Source of the DNA: a virus
DNA: 64,000 nt
Virus record (IMG/VR): IMGVR_UViG_3300032050_000024
Location: 32,001-96,000 of that record
Reading direction: 5' to 3' (one strand)
Shown here piece by piece: positions 49,502-58,398 of this stretch (its first letter is position 1; every line of letters starts with the position of its first letter). The notes below the pieces were generated by a model. It saw only the letters and a program-made list of their open reading frames with translations. It ran no database searches and was not told the origin of the DNA. Position numbers and translations under genes: made by a program.

Positions 49502-50563
49502 TTAAATTAATCCTGCCAATTTTTTCCAACGATTTGCCATTTCAAATCCTTCAGATAAAATTTGCGTTGTTTGTTGTGATGGGGCAGTGGTTCTATGTGG
49601 ACGAGATGCGGCTGATTCTTTAACCATTCTTCTTTTTTGAGTTGGTTTATTAAAGCTTTCAGCTAATGTAGCAAATACTAATTTTGCTTCTCGTGTTGAA
49701 ACTGCTCTATCAAAGTTTTCAATAACTTTCATTTTTTGACTTTCGTTCAATTCAAAGTTACGGAACAACTTGTTTGTATAAAGAAGTTTTGCATTAAGAA
49801 GATTAACTTCATTAATAACTGACTTAAGATACTTAACAGTTTTGTATGCTTCTTTAAGTTGTTGGTCTTGCTGGGCAACTGTAGCTTCTAATTCTTCATT
49901 TTCTTTAGCTAATAGTTCCGGATCTTGTTCAGTAGGCTCCGTTGCCATTTCTTCTTCGCGAAGGATTGCTTCAATGATTGAGTCAATTGATTCATTTGTA
50001 TAATCATACTCAGCATCCATTTCCATTCCTTCTGGAAGTTCTTCATCATACCCTTCCATAGCAGGTTCTGTAGTTGGTTCAGTCATTGGTTCATCCATAG
50101 ACGGTTCTGTTTCTTCTAATTCTCTAAGAATTTCTTCTAGATTTAGATCATCTTCTTCTGCACCCGCTTCCATTTCTTCATCACCCATTTCCATTTCTTC
50201 TGCACCCGCTTCCATTTCTTCATCGCCACCTAACATACCTGTTAAGTCATAATCTCCGTCATCATTAAAATCTAATCCGACGTTTACTGAAGTAGGGAAA
50301 TCTTCCATTCCAGCTTCTGCACCTGCTTCCATTCCAGCTTCTGCACCTGCTTCCATTCCAGCTTCTGCACCTGCTTCCATTCCAGCTTCTGCATCCATGT
50401 CCATTTCTTCATCTTCAATTTCTGCAATCAATTTCGAGTGAAGCATACTTTCTAAACGTGGAGCGAAAGCTTCTTGTAATGCAATTTTTGCGTTTGCTAA
50501 TGCTGTTTCTTTAACTGCTTTAGCATCAGCGATTGCTTGTTTTAGCAAATCTGATTTTGCCAT
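49502..50563 (-). CDS. Prohead core / scaffolding protein (gp22-like)
   Basis: Very acidic coiled-coil protein directly upstream of the capsid gene; ends RWKKLAGL. Confidence 0.8.
   Translation of the reverse strand: MAKSDLLKQAIADAKAVKETALANAKIALQEAFAPRLESMLHSKLIAEIEDEEMDMDAEAGMEAGAEAGMEAGAEAGMEAGAEAGMEDFPTSVNVGLDFNDDGDYDLTGMLGGDEEMEAGAEEMEMGDEEMEAGAEEDDLNLEEILRELEETEPSMDEPMTEPTTEPAMEGYDEELPEGMEMDAEYDYTNESIDSIIEAILREEEMATEPTEQDPELLAKENEELEATVAQQDQQLKEAYKTVKYLKSVINEVNLLNAKLLYTNKLFRNFELNESQKMKVIENFDRAVSTREAKLVFATLAESFNKPTQKRRMVKESAASRPHRTTAPSQQTTQILSEGFEMANRWKKLAGLI
50302..50393. repeat. 24-bp tandem repeat (about 3.8 copies) encoding AEAGMEAG
   Basis: cttccattccagcttctgcacctg repeated perfectly. 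Confidence 0.95.
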
Positions 50564-50702
50564 ACTAGTTCTCCTTAAATTTTGTTTTTTGGAAATAAGA
50601 TTATTTGTAAATCTTAATAAGAATAAATATTGTTATATTAACGCTATATAAAGAAAGAATAGCGTATTCTACAATAAATATAACAATGATTGAAAAAACA
50701 GT

Positions 50703-50734
50703 AAAAAAGTCCTAACTTTTTATAGTTAAGACTT
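50703..50734 (-). terminator. Intrinsic terminator after bS21
   Basis: AAGTCTTAACT-loop-AGTTAGGAC followed by T6. Confidence 0.7.
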
Positions 50735-50754
50735 AAAATTTCTTAAAAATTTAT

Positions 50755-51000
50755 TTAATCTCTATGTAAATCTTTTATTTTTTGAATATAACGAGCGTCA
50801 ATTAATTGTTTTCTACGTTTAACACATGGCTTAGTAAAAGTTTTATTATCTTTAATTTTTTCTAAAACTCCAGAGGATTTTACTTTTCTTTTAAAAATTT
50901 TCATTGCTTGTGCAAAATCTTCTCGTGTTGATCCTACTACATTTACGGCCGTAGCGTGGCCTGGTACAATTGCTTTGTGTTGTTTCTGTTTTTTACTCAT
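50755..51000 (-). CDS. rpsU: Phage-encoded ribosomal protein bS21
   Basis: V.V...EDFAQAMKIFKRKVKSSGVL...FTKPCVKRR...ARYIQ. Confidence 0.88.
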   Translation of the reverse strand: MSKKQKQHKAIVPGHATAVNVVGSTREDFAQAMKIFKRKVKSSGVLEKIKDNKTFTKPCVKRRKQLIDARYIQKIKDLHRD

Positions 51001-51010
51001 ATATAAATTA

Positions 51011-51514
51011 TTAAATTTTTCTTATTGTACGTTTTATAGGAGCTGGTGCTGCAGTTTGTTCACCTCTTACTTTGAACTTAAATGCTGATAATTCTAAACG
51101 CTGTGCAAAATAGCCTTGAATTCGTTGTGCATCTTTTTCTGGATCTTCTCCTAATCTAAAATAAAAATAACCATTTTTTCCATTTTTAGATATAGTTCTT
51201 TTAATTATAGTAAAACCTTTTTTTTCAGCCCATGCTTTGATGTCATCAGAAACTTCTTGTGCTTGCGCTGGATCTTTAATAGCATATACTACGCCACCTT
51301 GATATTCGTCAATTCCGTTAATCAATTTGGCTTCATCAACAATTTCTTCATCAATTGTTTTGTTAATTGCAGTTCTGCGTTTTTTTAAGTATTTATCCGT
51401 TTTATCCGTTTTGCCATCGTTATTAATATCAGAATCTTCTTTACCAACAGCATCCATTTTTGATTCTGCTAATCCAAAAAATTCTCGATATAATTTTTTA
51501 AGCGTATTCATCAT
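51011..51514 (-). CDS. Hypothetical protein with EF-hand/dockerin-like loop
   Basis: DSDINNDGKTDKTDKYL; co-transcribed with bS21. Confidence 0.7.
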   Translation of the reverse strand: MMNTLKKLYREFFGLAESKMDAVGKEDSDINNDGKTDKTDKYLKKRRTAINKTIDEEIVDEAKLINGIDEYQGGVVYAIKDPAQAQEVSDDIKAWAEKKGFTIIKRTISKNGKNGYFYFRLGEDPEKDAQRIQGYFAQRLELSAFKFKVRGEQTAAPAPIKRTIRKI

Positions 51515-51524
51515 ACTTACCTTT

Positions 51525-51553
51525 ATTATAATAAATTAATTTATAATGTCCAA
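51525..51553 (-). promoter_or_regulatory. Sigma70-like promoter TTGGAC-N17-TATAAT for the two-gene bS21 unit
   Basis: Near-consensus match, intergenic. Confidence 0.65.
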
Positions 51554-51554
51554 A

Positions 51555-51962
51555 TTAACGAACATCATAATATTTACTTAACCCTTCCCTAATATCTTCA
51601 CACGCAGCTTCCATTCTACGTTCGTTAATCATTACTTCATTAGCACATTTTTGCATTTCAGCCATGGCTTTATTTACATATTCTAAGTGTCGTTTAGCAG
51701 ATACTTTTTCTACTACATCATCATCAGACTCAGTAATCATTCTTCCTGCAGTTTCGACTATTTTAGAAATTTGTTCAACAGCCATTTTTAGTCGTTCGCC
51801 ACGTGCACGCAATGTTTCAGTCATTGCAGAAAACGAATTTAATCCTTCTGCAAACGCTCGTTTTTCTTCAAGAGATAATGGTTGCGGTTGTTCTCCAAAT
51901 ACCGTTTCTTTTTGTTGTTTTTCGTATAATAAATCTCGTAATGTTTGTAATTTGCTTTTCAT
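51555..51962 (-). CDS. Hypothetical head-region coiled-coil protein
   Basis: Intact ORF directly after the protease. Confidence 0.7.
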   Translation of the reverse strand: MKSKLQTLRDLLYEKQQKETVFGEQPQPLSLEEKRAFAEGLNSFSAMTETLRARGERLKMAVEQISKIVETAGRMITESDDDVVEKVSAKRHLEYVNKAMAEMQKCANEVMINERRMEAACEDIREGLSKYYDVR

Positions 51963-51965
51963 TTT

Positions 51966-52595
51966 TTATATCCTACATTTTCCATCTTCACATAATATTG
52001 ATGTAATGATGCTGTTTACGTTAGCGTATTTATTTATTGTTATATTTTTATTTGTTGATTCATTCATCTTTGTAGGCCGCATAAAAGCTCCATGTGTTGA
52101 AGGATTTGAAACGAAGTCCCAACAAATTAATTCAAAATCTTCTTGTACTTCTACTACGCCTTCATTACGTAATTCTTTAACAGAACCTAATCCTCTACTA
52201 GATATACCTAATGTAATACCAGCTTTAAAAAGTGATTTTAAAATATTACCTGACGGGGTATCTAAAATTTGAACAGCTCCGCATAAATCATCACCTTTCC
52301 ACCATATTTTTAAAACATTATGTGAAACGTTATTCAAGTTAACAACAGATGATTCTGGATGATCTAATTCTCCTAATGCTCTATGTTGATCAATATATTC
52401 TTTTTGATATCGATTACATTCTCGTTCTAAAATACGTTTAGGATATACTCTTCCATTTTGATTTTTTGCACCTGCTCTTTGTAAAACTCCTTGCACAACA
52501 AAACCGCCAGGTATTCCATATGCAGCACCAGATTGTTCATTTAATGAACCTACGGGTTTGAATGGCATATATTCTACTATTAACGCTTTTGACAT
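51966..52595 (-). CDS. gp21: Prohead protease (gp21-like)
   Basis: NQNGRVYP, ALGELDHP, VSH, TPSG, GISSRGLGS, WDFVSNPS. Confidence 0.96.
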   Translation of the reverse strand: MSKALIVEYMPFKPVGSLNEQSGAAYGIPGGFVVQGVLQRAGAKNQNGRVYPKRILERECNRYQKEYIDQHRALGELDHPESSVVNLNNVSHNVLKIWWKGDDLCGAVQILDTPSGNILKSLFKAGITLGISSRGLGSVKELRNEGVVEVQEDFELICWDFVSNPSTHGAFMRPTKMNESTNKNITINKYANVNSIITSILCEDGKCRI

Positions 52596-52596
52596 A

Positions 52597-53331
52597 TTAT
52601 TCTCCTAATGCTCTTACTCGTTCTGAAATTTTTATTAATCGTTCTGAAATTTTTGTTAATGCAGTATTTACAGATTTTCCATAGCCGTCTCGAGCCATTC
52701 CAGATTCTGTTTTTAATCTTGCTGTATTTGAAACTAGTTCTTCAACTTGGCGTAAACGTTTAGCTACTTCTTTAATAGTATGTTTTATTTTTGATTCTGG
52801 AGTTATTTTTGGATCACCAGTAGCAAATTGTTTATATGACTCTATAAGTTGTTCGTATTTTGATTCCATCATTTCATGAACTTGATTTCTTTTTTTAATT
52901 CCAGACCAATCATATTCTACATCAAAATCTTCATGCATATCTGCAGATCTATCATCAAATTTTTTATATTTTTTTGCAAATGGAACAGATGGATATTGAT
53001 ATTTTGCATGTTGCCATTTAGCATCATCAGAATATGCAAATTTATCCATATATTCTTCTTGATCTGATTCAGGCCGTTGTGATTGTCCAGGTTTATATGT
53101 TGCCGGGGTTCGAACAGATTCGTGAACTCGTTCATAACCTAAAACTTCAACGGTATCATCATCTGCCGGAGAGAATGCATTTGGGGTCATATATGCACCT
53201 GCACCTCCTGAAGTAGAAATTTCATCCAATTCTTCTTCTGTTAATTCATTATTAGCAATACGATTAACAATATCATCAGTTTTATCGATAGCTTCAAATG
53301 CTTCTTCTATTTGTTGTAAGAATGTTTTCAT
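52597..53331 (-). CDS. Hypothetical head-region protein (possible internal/core protein)
   Basis: MKTFLQQIEE leader, LDE|ISTSGGAGAYMTPNAF. Confidence 0.7.
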   Translation of the reverse strand: MKTFLQQIEEAFEAIDKTDDIVNRIANNELTEEELDEISTSGGAGAYMTPNAFSPADDDTVEVLGYERVHESVRTPATYKPGQSQRPESDQEEYMDKFAYSDDAKWQHAKYQYPSVPFAKKYKKFDDRSADMHEDFDVEYDWSGIKKRNQVHEMMESKYEQLIESYKQFATGDPKITPESKIKHTIKEVAKRLRQVEELVSNTARLKTESGMARDGYGKSVNTALTKISERLIKISERVRALGE

Positions 53332-54182
53332 TTGTGTATCTCATTTAATTCATCAACCAAATCCATATATCTCATTAGGTTTAATATATGAGATTCTTTT
53401 AATCGTTTAATTGTTTCTACATTGCAAAGCATTTCTGAAAGTTTTTCTACTTTAATTTTTACAACTTTATCTGTAATATGTTTTGACTGTTCAAAAAGTT
53501 GTTTTTTAATTGTAGGTATAACTTTTTGAACATAATTACGTAATGCTTCAGTATCGTTAACATGCGTAATATATTTGTTTAATAGTTGTTTTTGAGATTC
53601 AGACAATATTTCTGAATATGTACTATTAAATTTATCAACAAGTAATTTATATGTTAATAAACGAACATCTTTTGGTTGTTTAGAAAATGTTTCTAGTATT
53701 GGATCTTTTGGTTGAGTTTGTTTTGACTTTGGCATTGCATGTTCTAATAAAACTGATTTACATTGCATTAATTGTTTTGGATTATCAGTTTCTTCATATT
53801 CAAATAACATGTAAATTGAAGCTAATTCTTTATAGTTATTTATATGAATTTTAGACATATTTTCAAAAACAAAGTTTTCAGAAATTTCTTTAACTAAGTT
53901 ATATTTTTGTCTATTTAAAACAGTTCGATTCAATTTTTTATGCGTATCTTTAACCGTACGAATAAAATCTAAAGCTCGAGCTTCTGTTTTATGTTGTTCT
54001 TTTATTAATGCATTATACAATTGTAATTCTTTAGATAATTCAGTATTTTTACCAAAATATTTTTTTATAATGTCTATAGTTGTAGATTTATCTGAAGTTA
54101 ATGTTTCTGAAGTTAGTTTACGTACTAACATTTCAAACAATATGCCGGTGTTTTTGTATTTTGAATGTTTTAATTTTTTCAT
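53328..54182 (-). CDS. Hypothetical head-region protein (start taken as MKKLKHSK)
   Basis: Between portal and protease; preceded by ATATTTAT at 54204-54211. Confidence 0.75.
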   Translation of the reverse strand: MKKLKHSKYKNTGILFEMLVRKLTSETLTSDKSTTIDIIKKYFGKNTELSKELQLYNALIKEQHKTEARALDFIRTVKDTHKKLNRTVLNRQKYNLVKEISENFVFENMSKIHINNYKELASIYMLFEYEETDNPKQLMQCKSVLLEHAMPKSKQTQPKDPILETFSKQPKDVRLLTYKLLVDKFNSTYSEILSESQKQLLNKYITHVNDTEALRNYVQKVIPTIKKQLFEQSKHITDKVVKIKVEKLSEMLCNVETIKRLKESHILNLMRYMDLVDELNEIHK

Positions 54183-54212
54183 ATCCAATATGATATTTTT
54201 AAAATAAATATG

Positions 54213-56051
54213 TTACAAAATATTATTCTCATCTAATAAAGTCCCCGTATCAATATCGGTTTCTTTATTAGGTGTAATTGATTCTAATATTATTTTAGAT
54301 GATTTATCAAATTTTGTATTTTTTTGCATAGTTTTTAAAACATTCTCTTGAGCTAAATCTAATTTTCTTTCTCGAGAAGGATTCGGTAAAAATGCAGATT
54401 TTTGATTTTCAGAATCAAAATCTTGATCAATTTGTTTTTTACCTGTAGGATCCCATCCGAATGCATTTTTATGTTGTCCAAATTTGATGCCTTCTTTTGG
54501 ACGACCTCCTTTATCTTTTTCTTCAACTTCATTAGAACTCATATGCATTGAAGCTAAGTCGTGTGGAGTACCATATGACACACCGGTAATTGCTGGATCA
54601 TTTCCTTCTTGTTCAAGTTGGTTTTGTCGGAATCTTAATTTTAAATCTTCAATAACATTGTTACGTTCTTGCAACCATTGATCTTCTGACATATTAAATA
54701 TAAATTCATATATGTATTTGTCGGAAACTAATTTACTATCTTTCATTGCAGTTGCTAATGTCATTTTTTCAGTCATTAATGCAACTTTTTGTTGGTCATA
54801 TACAATTGATGGTGCCGTTAATTCTAATTCAAATCCAACTAAGTCTGCACCATCATAACCTTGTGCATATAAATGTATAATTGCAATTTTATGAAGTTCT
54901 GAAACAACTATTTTTTGTATTCGTTCAATTGTTCTAGCAAAACGAATATCCATGGATGCTAATGTAGTTTTTCCTTCAACAGCTTCAGCATATCCTAAAA
55001 ATGGTTTAGGAATTTTAAGTGCAGCCATCATTTTGTCTTTAACGTAATTGATGTCATCAATTCCTGTAAAAGTCATACCTGGTAGGGTATCAATTGATGT
55101 TTGTGAACTACCACCTCGTACTGGTAAATAATAATCTTCCAACATGTTGTTGAGATTAAATTTTAAATTGTAATTACCAGTTTGTTGATCAACGTGAGGA
55201 ATTTTTTTCATTTTATTGATAACTTGTTCCATGAAAGTATCTACTTCATTAGGCGGAATATTACCAATATCAATTTTAAAAATACGTTTTTCTGGAGCTC
55301 GCATTATTCTGTGAATAAGCATTGCATCTTCAAGCATTGTTAATTTTTGAAATTCTTTACGTCCTCCTTCTAACATTGATTTACCATATGGTAAAAAGTT
55401 TGCATCAGATAACATGCGAAAATGTGCAACTTCAAAAACATCATACATTAAATTAGGACTTGAAGCATGTCGAAATTTAATTTTATATTCACCAGTTTCT
55501 TCATCAAATTCTTCCCAACGTTCTACTTCATAACTAGAAAAAGGGCGTGCATTAATTACTCCTAATTCTTCTGCAATATCTAATTTTAAAAAGAAATCTC
55601 CATATTTAGTTAAATTTCTAATCCATGGCCAAAGGTTAAATTCGATATTTAGAACATCATAAAATAAATTATAAAGTATTTTTTGTATGTTTGAATTTCC
55701 AGCTTTAATAGTTAAAATATCTCCAAATTGATCTGCAAGAGTTGATTCATCTGCATAAATATCTAATGCTGCACTAATAATAGGATCTTTATCCATCATT
55801 TCATAGTCAGTATATAACTGCATACGATTTTGATGCATATAATAGTTAGAATCATATCCACCCATTCCTCCTACGCGATGGCGATTAGAACCATGTAAAC
55901 GTGTATATCTATCAGCAACTTTTGTTTGATTTAGATTACCAAAAGATTGTAAACGGTTTGTGTCTACTACTTTAAGACGATCTTTACCATATGCACGTAC
56001 AATTACATTGGTAGCAAATAAATTCTGTAGTCGTTTTCTTAATGATGCCAT
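54213..56051 (-). CDS. gp20: Portal protein (gp20-like)
   Basis: ALDIYADE, EDAMLIHRIMRAPEKRIFKIDIGN, EDYYLPVRG, IDTLPG, ALKIP. Confidence 0.96.
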   Translation of the reverse strand: MASLRKRLQNLFATNVIVRAYGKDRLKVVDTNRLQSFGNLNQTKVADRYTRLHGSNRHRVGGMGGYDSNYYMHQNRMQLYTDYEMMDKDPIISAALDIYADESTLADQFGDILTIKAGNSNIQKILYNLFYDVLNIEFNLWPWIRNLTKYGDFFLKLDIAEELGVINARPFSSYEVERWEEFDEETGEYKIKFRHASSPNLMYDVFEVAHFRMLSDANFLPYGKSMLEGGRKEFQKLTMLEDAMLIHRIMRAPEKRIFKIDIGNIPPNEVDTFMEQVINKMKKIPHVDQQTGNYNLKFNLNNMLEDYYLPVRGGSSQTSIDTLPGMTFTGIDDINYVKDKMMAALKIPKPFLGYAEAVEGKTTLASMDIRFARTIERIQKIVVSELHKIAIIHLYAQGYDGADLVGFELELTAPSIVYDQQKVALMTEKMTLATAMKDSKLVSDKYIYEFIFNMSEDQWLQERNNVIEDLKLRFRQNQLEQEGNDPAITGVSYGTPHDLASMHMSSNEVEEKDKGGRPKEGIKFGQHKNAFGWDPTGKKQIDQDFDSENQKSAFLPNPSRERKLDLAQENVLKTMQKNTKFDKSSKIILESITPNKETDIDTGTLLDENNIL

Positions 56052-56094
56052 ATTTTTTTAATATAAATATAACTAATTAAAGAACCAAGCTGTT

Positions 56095-57672
56095 TTATAA
56101 CAACCAAGTTAAATTTTCATCAGTTTGTCCATTATTCCACGACCAACCTGTGTCTTGTCGACGCTGTGTATTAGTATATATAACTGGATCTGTTTTAGTA
56201 AAATGTGAAAGAGCTCGCTTATTTAATTCAATTCCATGTTGACGTAATTTAAGTGATGTATCACGAAGCCAAAGACCAATACAAAAAGACATAACAAGAT
56301 CATCATTATATCCTTGTTGTGCTTGAGCTTTTCCGTTTAACCAAACAAATACAAATAATTCTTGTATTAATCGTTTTGATCTAATTACAGGTGTTCGTTC
56401 TCGCATATACATTTCGAGTGCTGAAATCATTAATGGACGAGTACGAGATGTTGTTGATACTCCAGGAACCATTTGTGACTTATCTTTTGTATCATAACCT
56501 TTTTTAAGTTGAATATCTATATCAACATAGCCATCGTCTTTGTATGTATAGAATAAATTTTCATAATTTCTGTCAAGTGCCGGTTGTATTGCAGCCCAAC
56601 CTATATTTGCATTTTCGATTGCTAGAAGTGCGTTGTTCCATTCAGTTGCAACCGTTACAAGCATATTACCAAAATCTTTAGGAGGAAGTTTACCTTTATA
56701 TTCTGCAACTTGTTTAACATCTTGTACATCAATAACATGAAATGTTGACCAGTCGCCCCCGTCTCCTCGTGCAACGTCAGCTACTACTATATAATCTCGT
56801 TCATAGTTAGGATATTCCCAAATCCAATATGCATTATCAAAACCTCGTCGTTCTATAGGTTCTGTGCATTTTTGTTCATATTCTAATAATATAGCGCCAT
56901 CTACTACAGTATGTCCTGATGAAATAAAATCACAATCACATTCTTGTGCCGCTCCACGTTCTCCTAAAAGTTGAGTTTGTTGATCGCGCCAATCTTGATC
57001 TCGTTCTGGGTGTACGGTCCAATGTAGTTTAATTGTATGAAATCCATTTATTTCTTGTTCGGCGTCTGACCATACTGAATGAAACCAATTACCGACACCA
57101 TTAGGTGTTGATAATACTATTGCGCCACCACCCGTTGATAGTGTTGCTTGTGATGCTATCCATATTTCTTCAATATTTCGTATAAATGCTGCTTCATCTA
57201 TAATAAGCAATGACAATGCTTCTGAACGTGCACCGGTGGTTGCAGATGATACTGCTTTTATTTGTGAACCATTCTTAAATTTAAGAGATAATTTATTGTC
57301 AGCTTCAATTGTTCCTTTCAACCAACTAGGTAAATTGTCGTGCATCACACGTACTTTTGTTACTAAGTTTTTAGCAACTTCTTGTGTTGTTGCAATAACA
57401 AGTACATTAAAATCCTGTTTAAACAACATACTCCAAAGAGCAAATCCAGCAGAAAGTGTTGATATACCTAACTGACGTGACTTAAGTATTACGTTATAAC
57501 GATGATCTCGTAATTCAGTTAATGTATCTTCTTGAAATGGAAATAAATTAAATTTTATTTTTCCTTTTTTAGGATGTTGTATATAACAATATTGCCTCAT
57601 AAAAAACACAGGATCTTTAGCACACATTGCATATTGTTGCTGAATAATCTGTTTTATGTTGGGTTGAGACAT
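56095..57672 (-). CDS. terL: Terminase large subunit (gp17-like)
   Basis: KSRQLGIST, IIDEAAF, STPNG, ADVARG, IENAN, DDLVMS. Confidence 0.96.
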   Translation of the reverse strand: MSQPNIKQIIQQQYAMCAKDPVFFMRQYCYIQHPKKGKIKFNLFPFQEDTLTELRDHRYNVILKSRQLGISTLSAGFALWSMLFKQDFNVLVIATTQEVAKNLVTKVRVMHDNLPSWLKGTIEADNKLSLKFKNGSQIKAVSSATTGARSEALSLLIIDEAAFIRNIEEIWIASQATLSTGGGAIVLSTPNGVGNWFHSVWSDAEQEINGFHTIKLHWTVHPERDQDWRDQQTQLLGERGAAQECDCDFISSGHTVVDGAILLEYEQKCTEPIERRGFDNAYWIWEYPNYERDYIVVADVARGDGGDWSTFHVIDVQDVKQVAEYKGKLPPKDFGNMLVTVATEWNNALLAIENANIGWAAIQPALDRNYENLFYTYKDDGYVDIDIQLKKGYDTKDKSQMVPGVSTTSRTRPLMISALEMYMRERTPVIRSKRLIQELFVFVWLNGKAQAQQGYNDDLVMSFCIGLWLRDTSLKLRQHGIELNKRALSHFTKTDPVIYTNTQRRQDTGWSWNNGQTDENLTWLL

Positions 57673-57673
57673 A

Positions 57674-58054
57674 TTATTTTAATATTTCATTTATCAATAT
57701 TCCAGAACCTAGTGTAGTAAAAATACCTAATCCAAACCAAAGATTTTTACTGTCATACCATTTAGGTTGTAAACGTTTTTCTCGTTGTACATATAAATCT
57801 ATATTTTTTTGTAGCAATGCAACTTGTTGTTTTTGCAATTCAATTTGTATGGAATCTAAATAAATTATAGATTGTTGTTTTTTAATAATACGTTGTTGCT
57901 TTTCAATTATTTCCGTATTTTTATCATCTACTGCCCATAATGAATCAATAGTTGTTGATATGTCTAGTAATTCTTGTTCTGTAAAACACGTATCAGGAAT
58001 AGTTTGAGTAAAACTAAATACAGGAAATAATAATATAACTAGTAAACGCTTCAT
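57674..58054 (-). CDS. Secreted/membrane coiled-coil protein (possible lysis component)
   Basis: N-terminal signal peptide, coiled coil, C-terminal TM. Confidence 0.6.
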   Translation of the reverse strand: MKRLLVILLFPVFSFTQTIPDTCFTEQELLDISTTIDSLWAVDDKNTEIIEKQQRIIKKQQSIIYLDSIQIELQKQQVALLQKNIDLYVQREKRLQPKWYDSKNLWFGLGIFTTLGSGILINEILK

Positions 58055-58398
58055 TTCTTTTTTCTTTTATTTGTTTTATTCAAAATATTTTGTTTAGCTT
58101 GTTTTGTAGATTTAGGTTTTTCTATAACAACATCATCTTTTTTTGTAATTATTGAATCAACTTCATCAATTAAATCTTGAACTTCTTGTTTTGCTTTATC
58201 TCTTTGATCTTCAATTACATCAACTTTTCCAGAAATTACGTCAACTTGTTGTTTGTTATCATCAATTTTTTTGTCTGCTTTATCATTTTGTTTGTCATCT
58301 ACTTTCTTTTTAACTGCAACAGCAATTCCAAAAAATGCTAATACGGCTCCTACTATGATTGCCCAATATTTTTTAATTGTTTTCATCGTTTTCTCCAT
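58051..58398 (-). CDS. N-terminally anchored coiled-coil membrane protein (i-spanin-like?)
   Basis: KKYWAIIVGAVLAFFGIAVAVKKK TM followed by coiled coil. Confidence 0.6.
   Translation of the reverse strand: MEKTMKTIKKYWAIIVGAVLAFFGIAVAVKKKVDDKQNDKADKKIDDNKQQVDVISGKVDVIEDQRDKAKQEVQDLIDEVDSIITKKDDVVIEKPKSTKQAKQNILNKTNKRKKK

Noticed and set aside
50302-50393. Regular 24-bp repeats as a possible CRISPR array
   Set aside because: The units are head-to-tail with no spacers and are in frame within the scaffold CDS; no cas genes are present
5481-57672. Inteins, introns or homing endonucleases in PolB, RNR, helicase, RecA or terminase
   Set aside because: All have normal lengths and continuous motifs, with no intein-like insertions or LAGLIDADG/HNH/GIY-YIG ORFs seen
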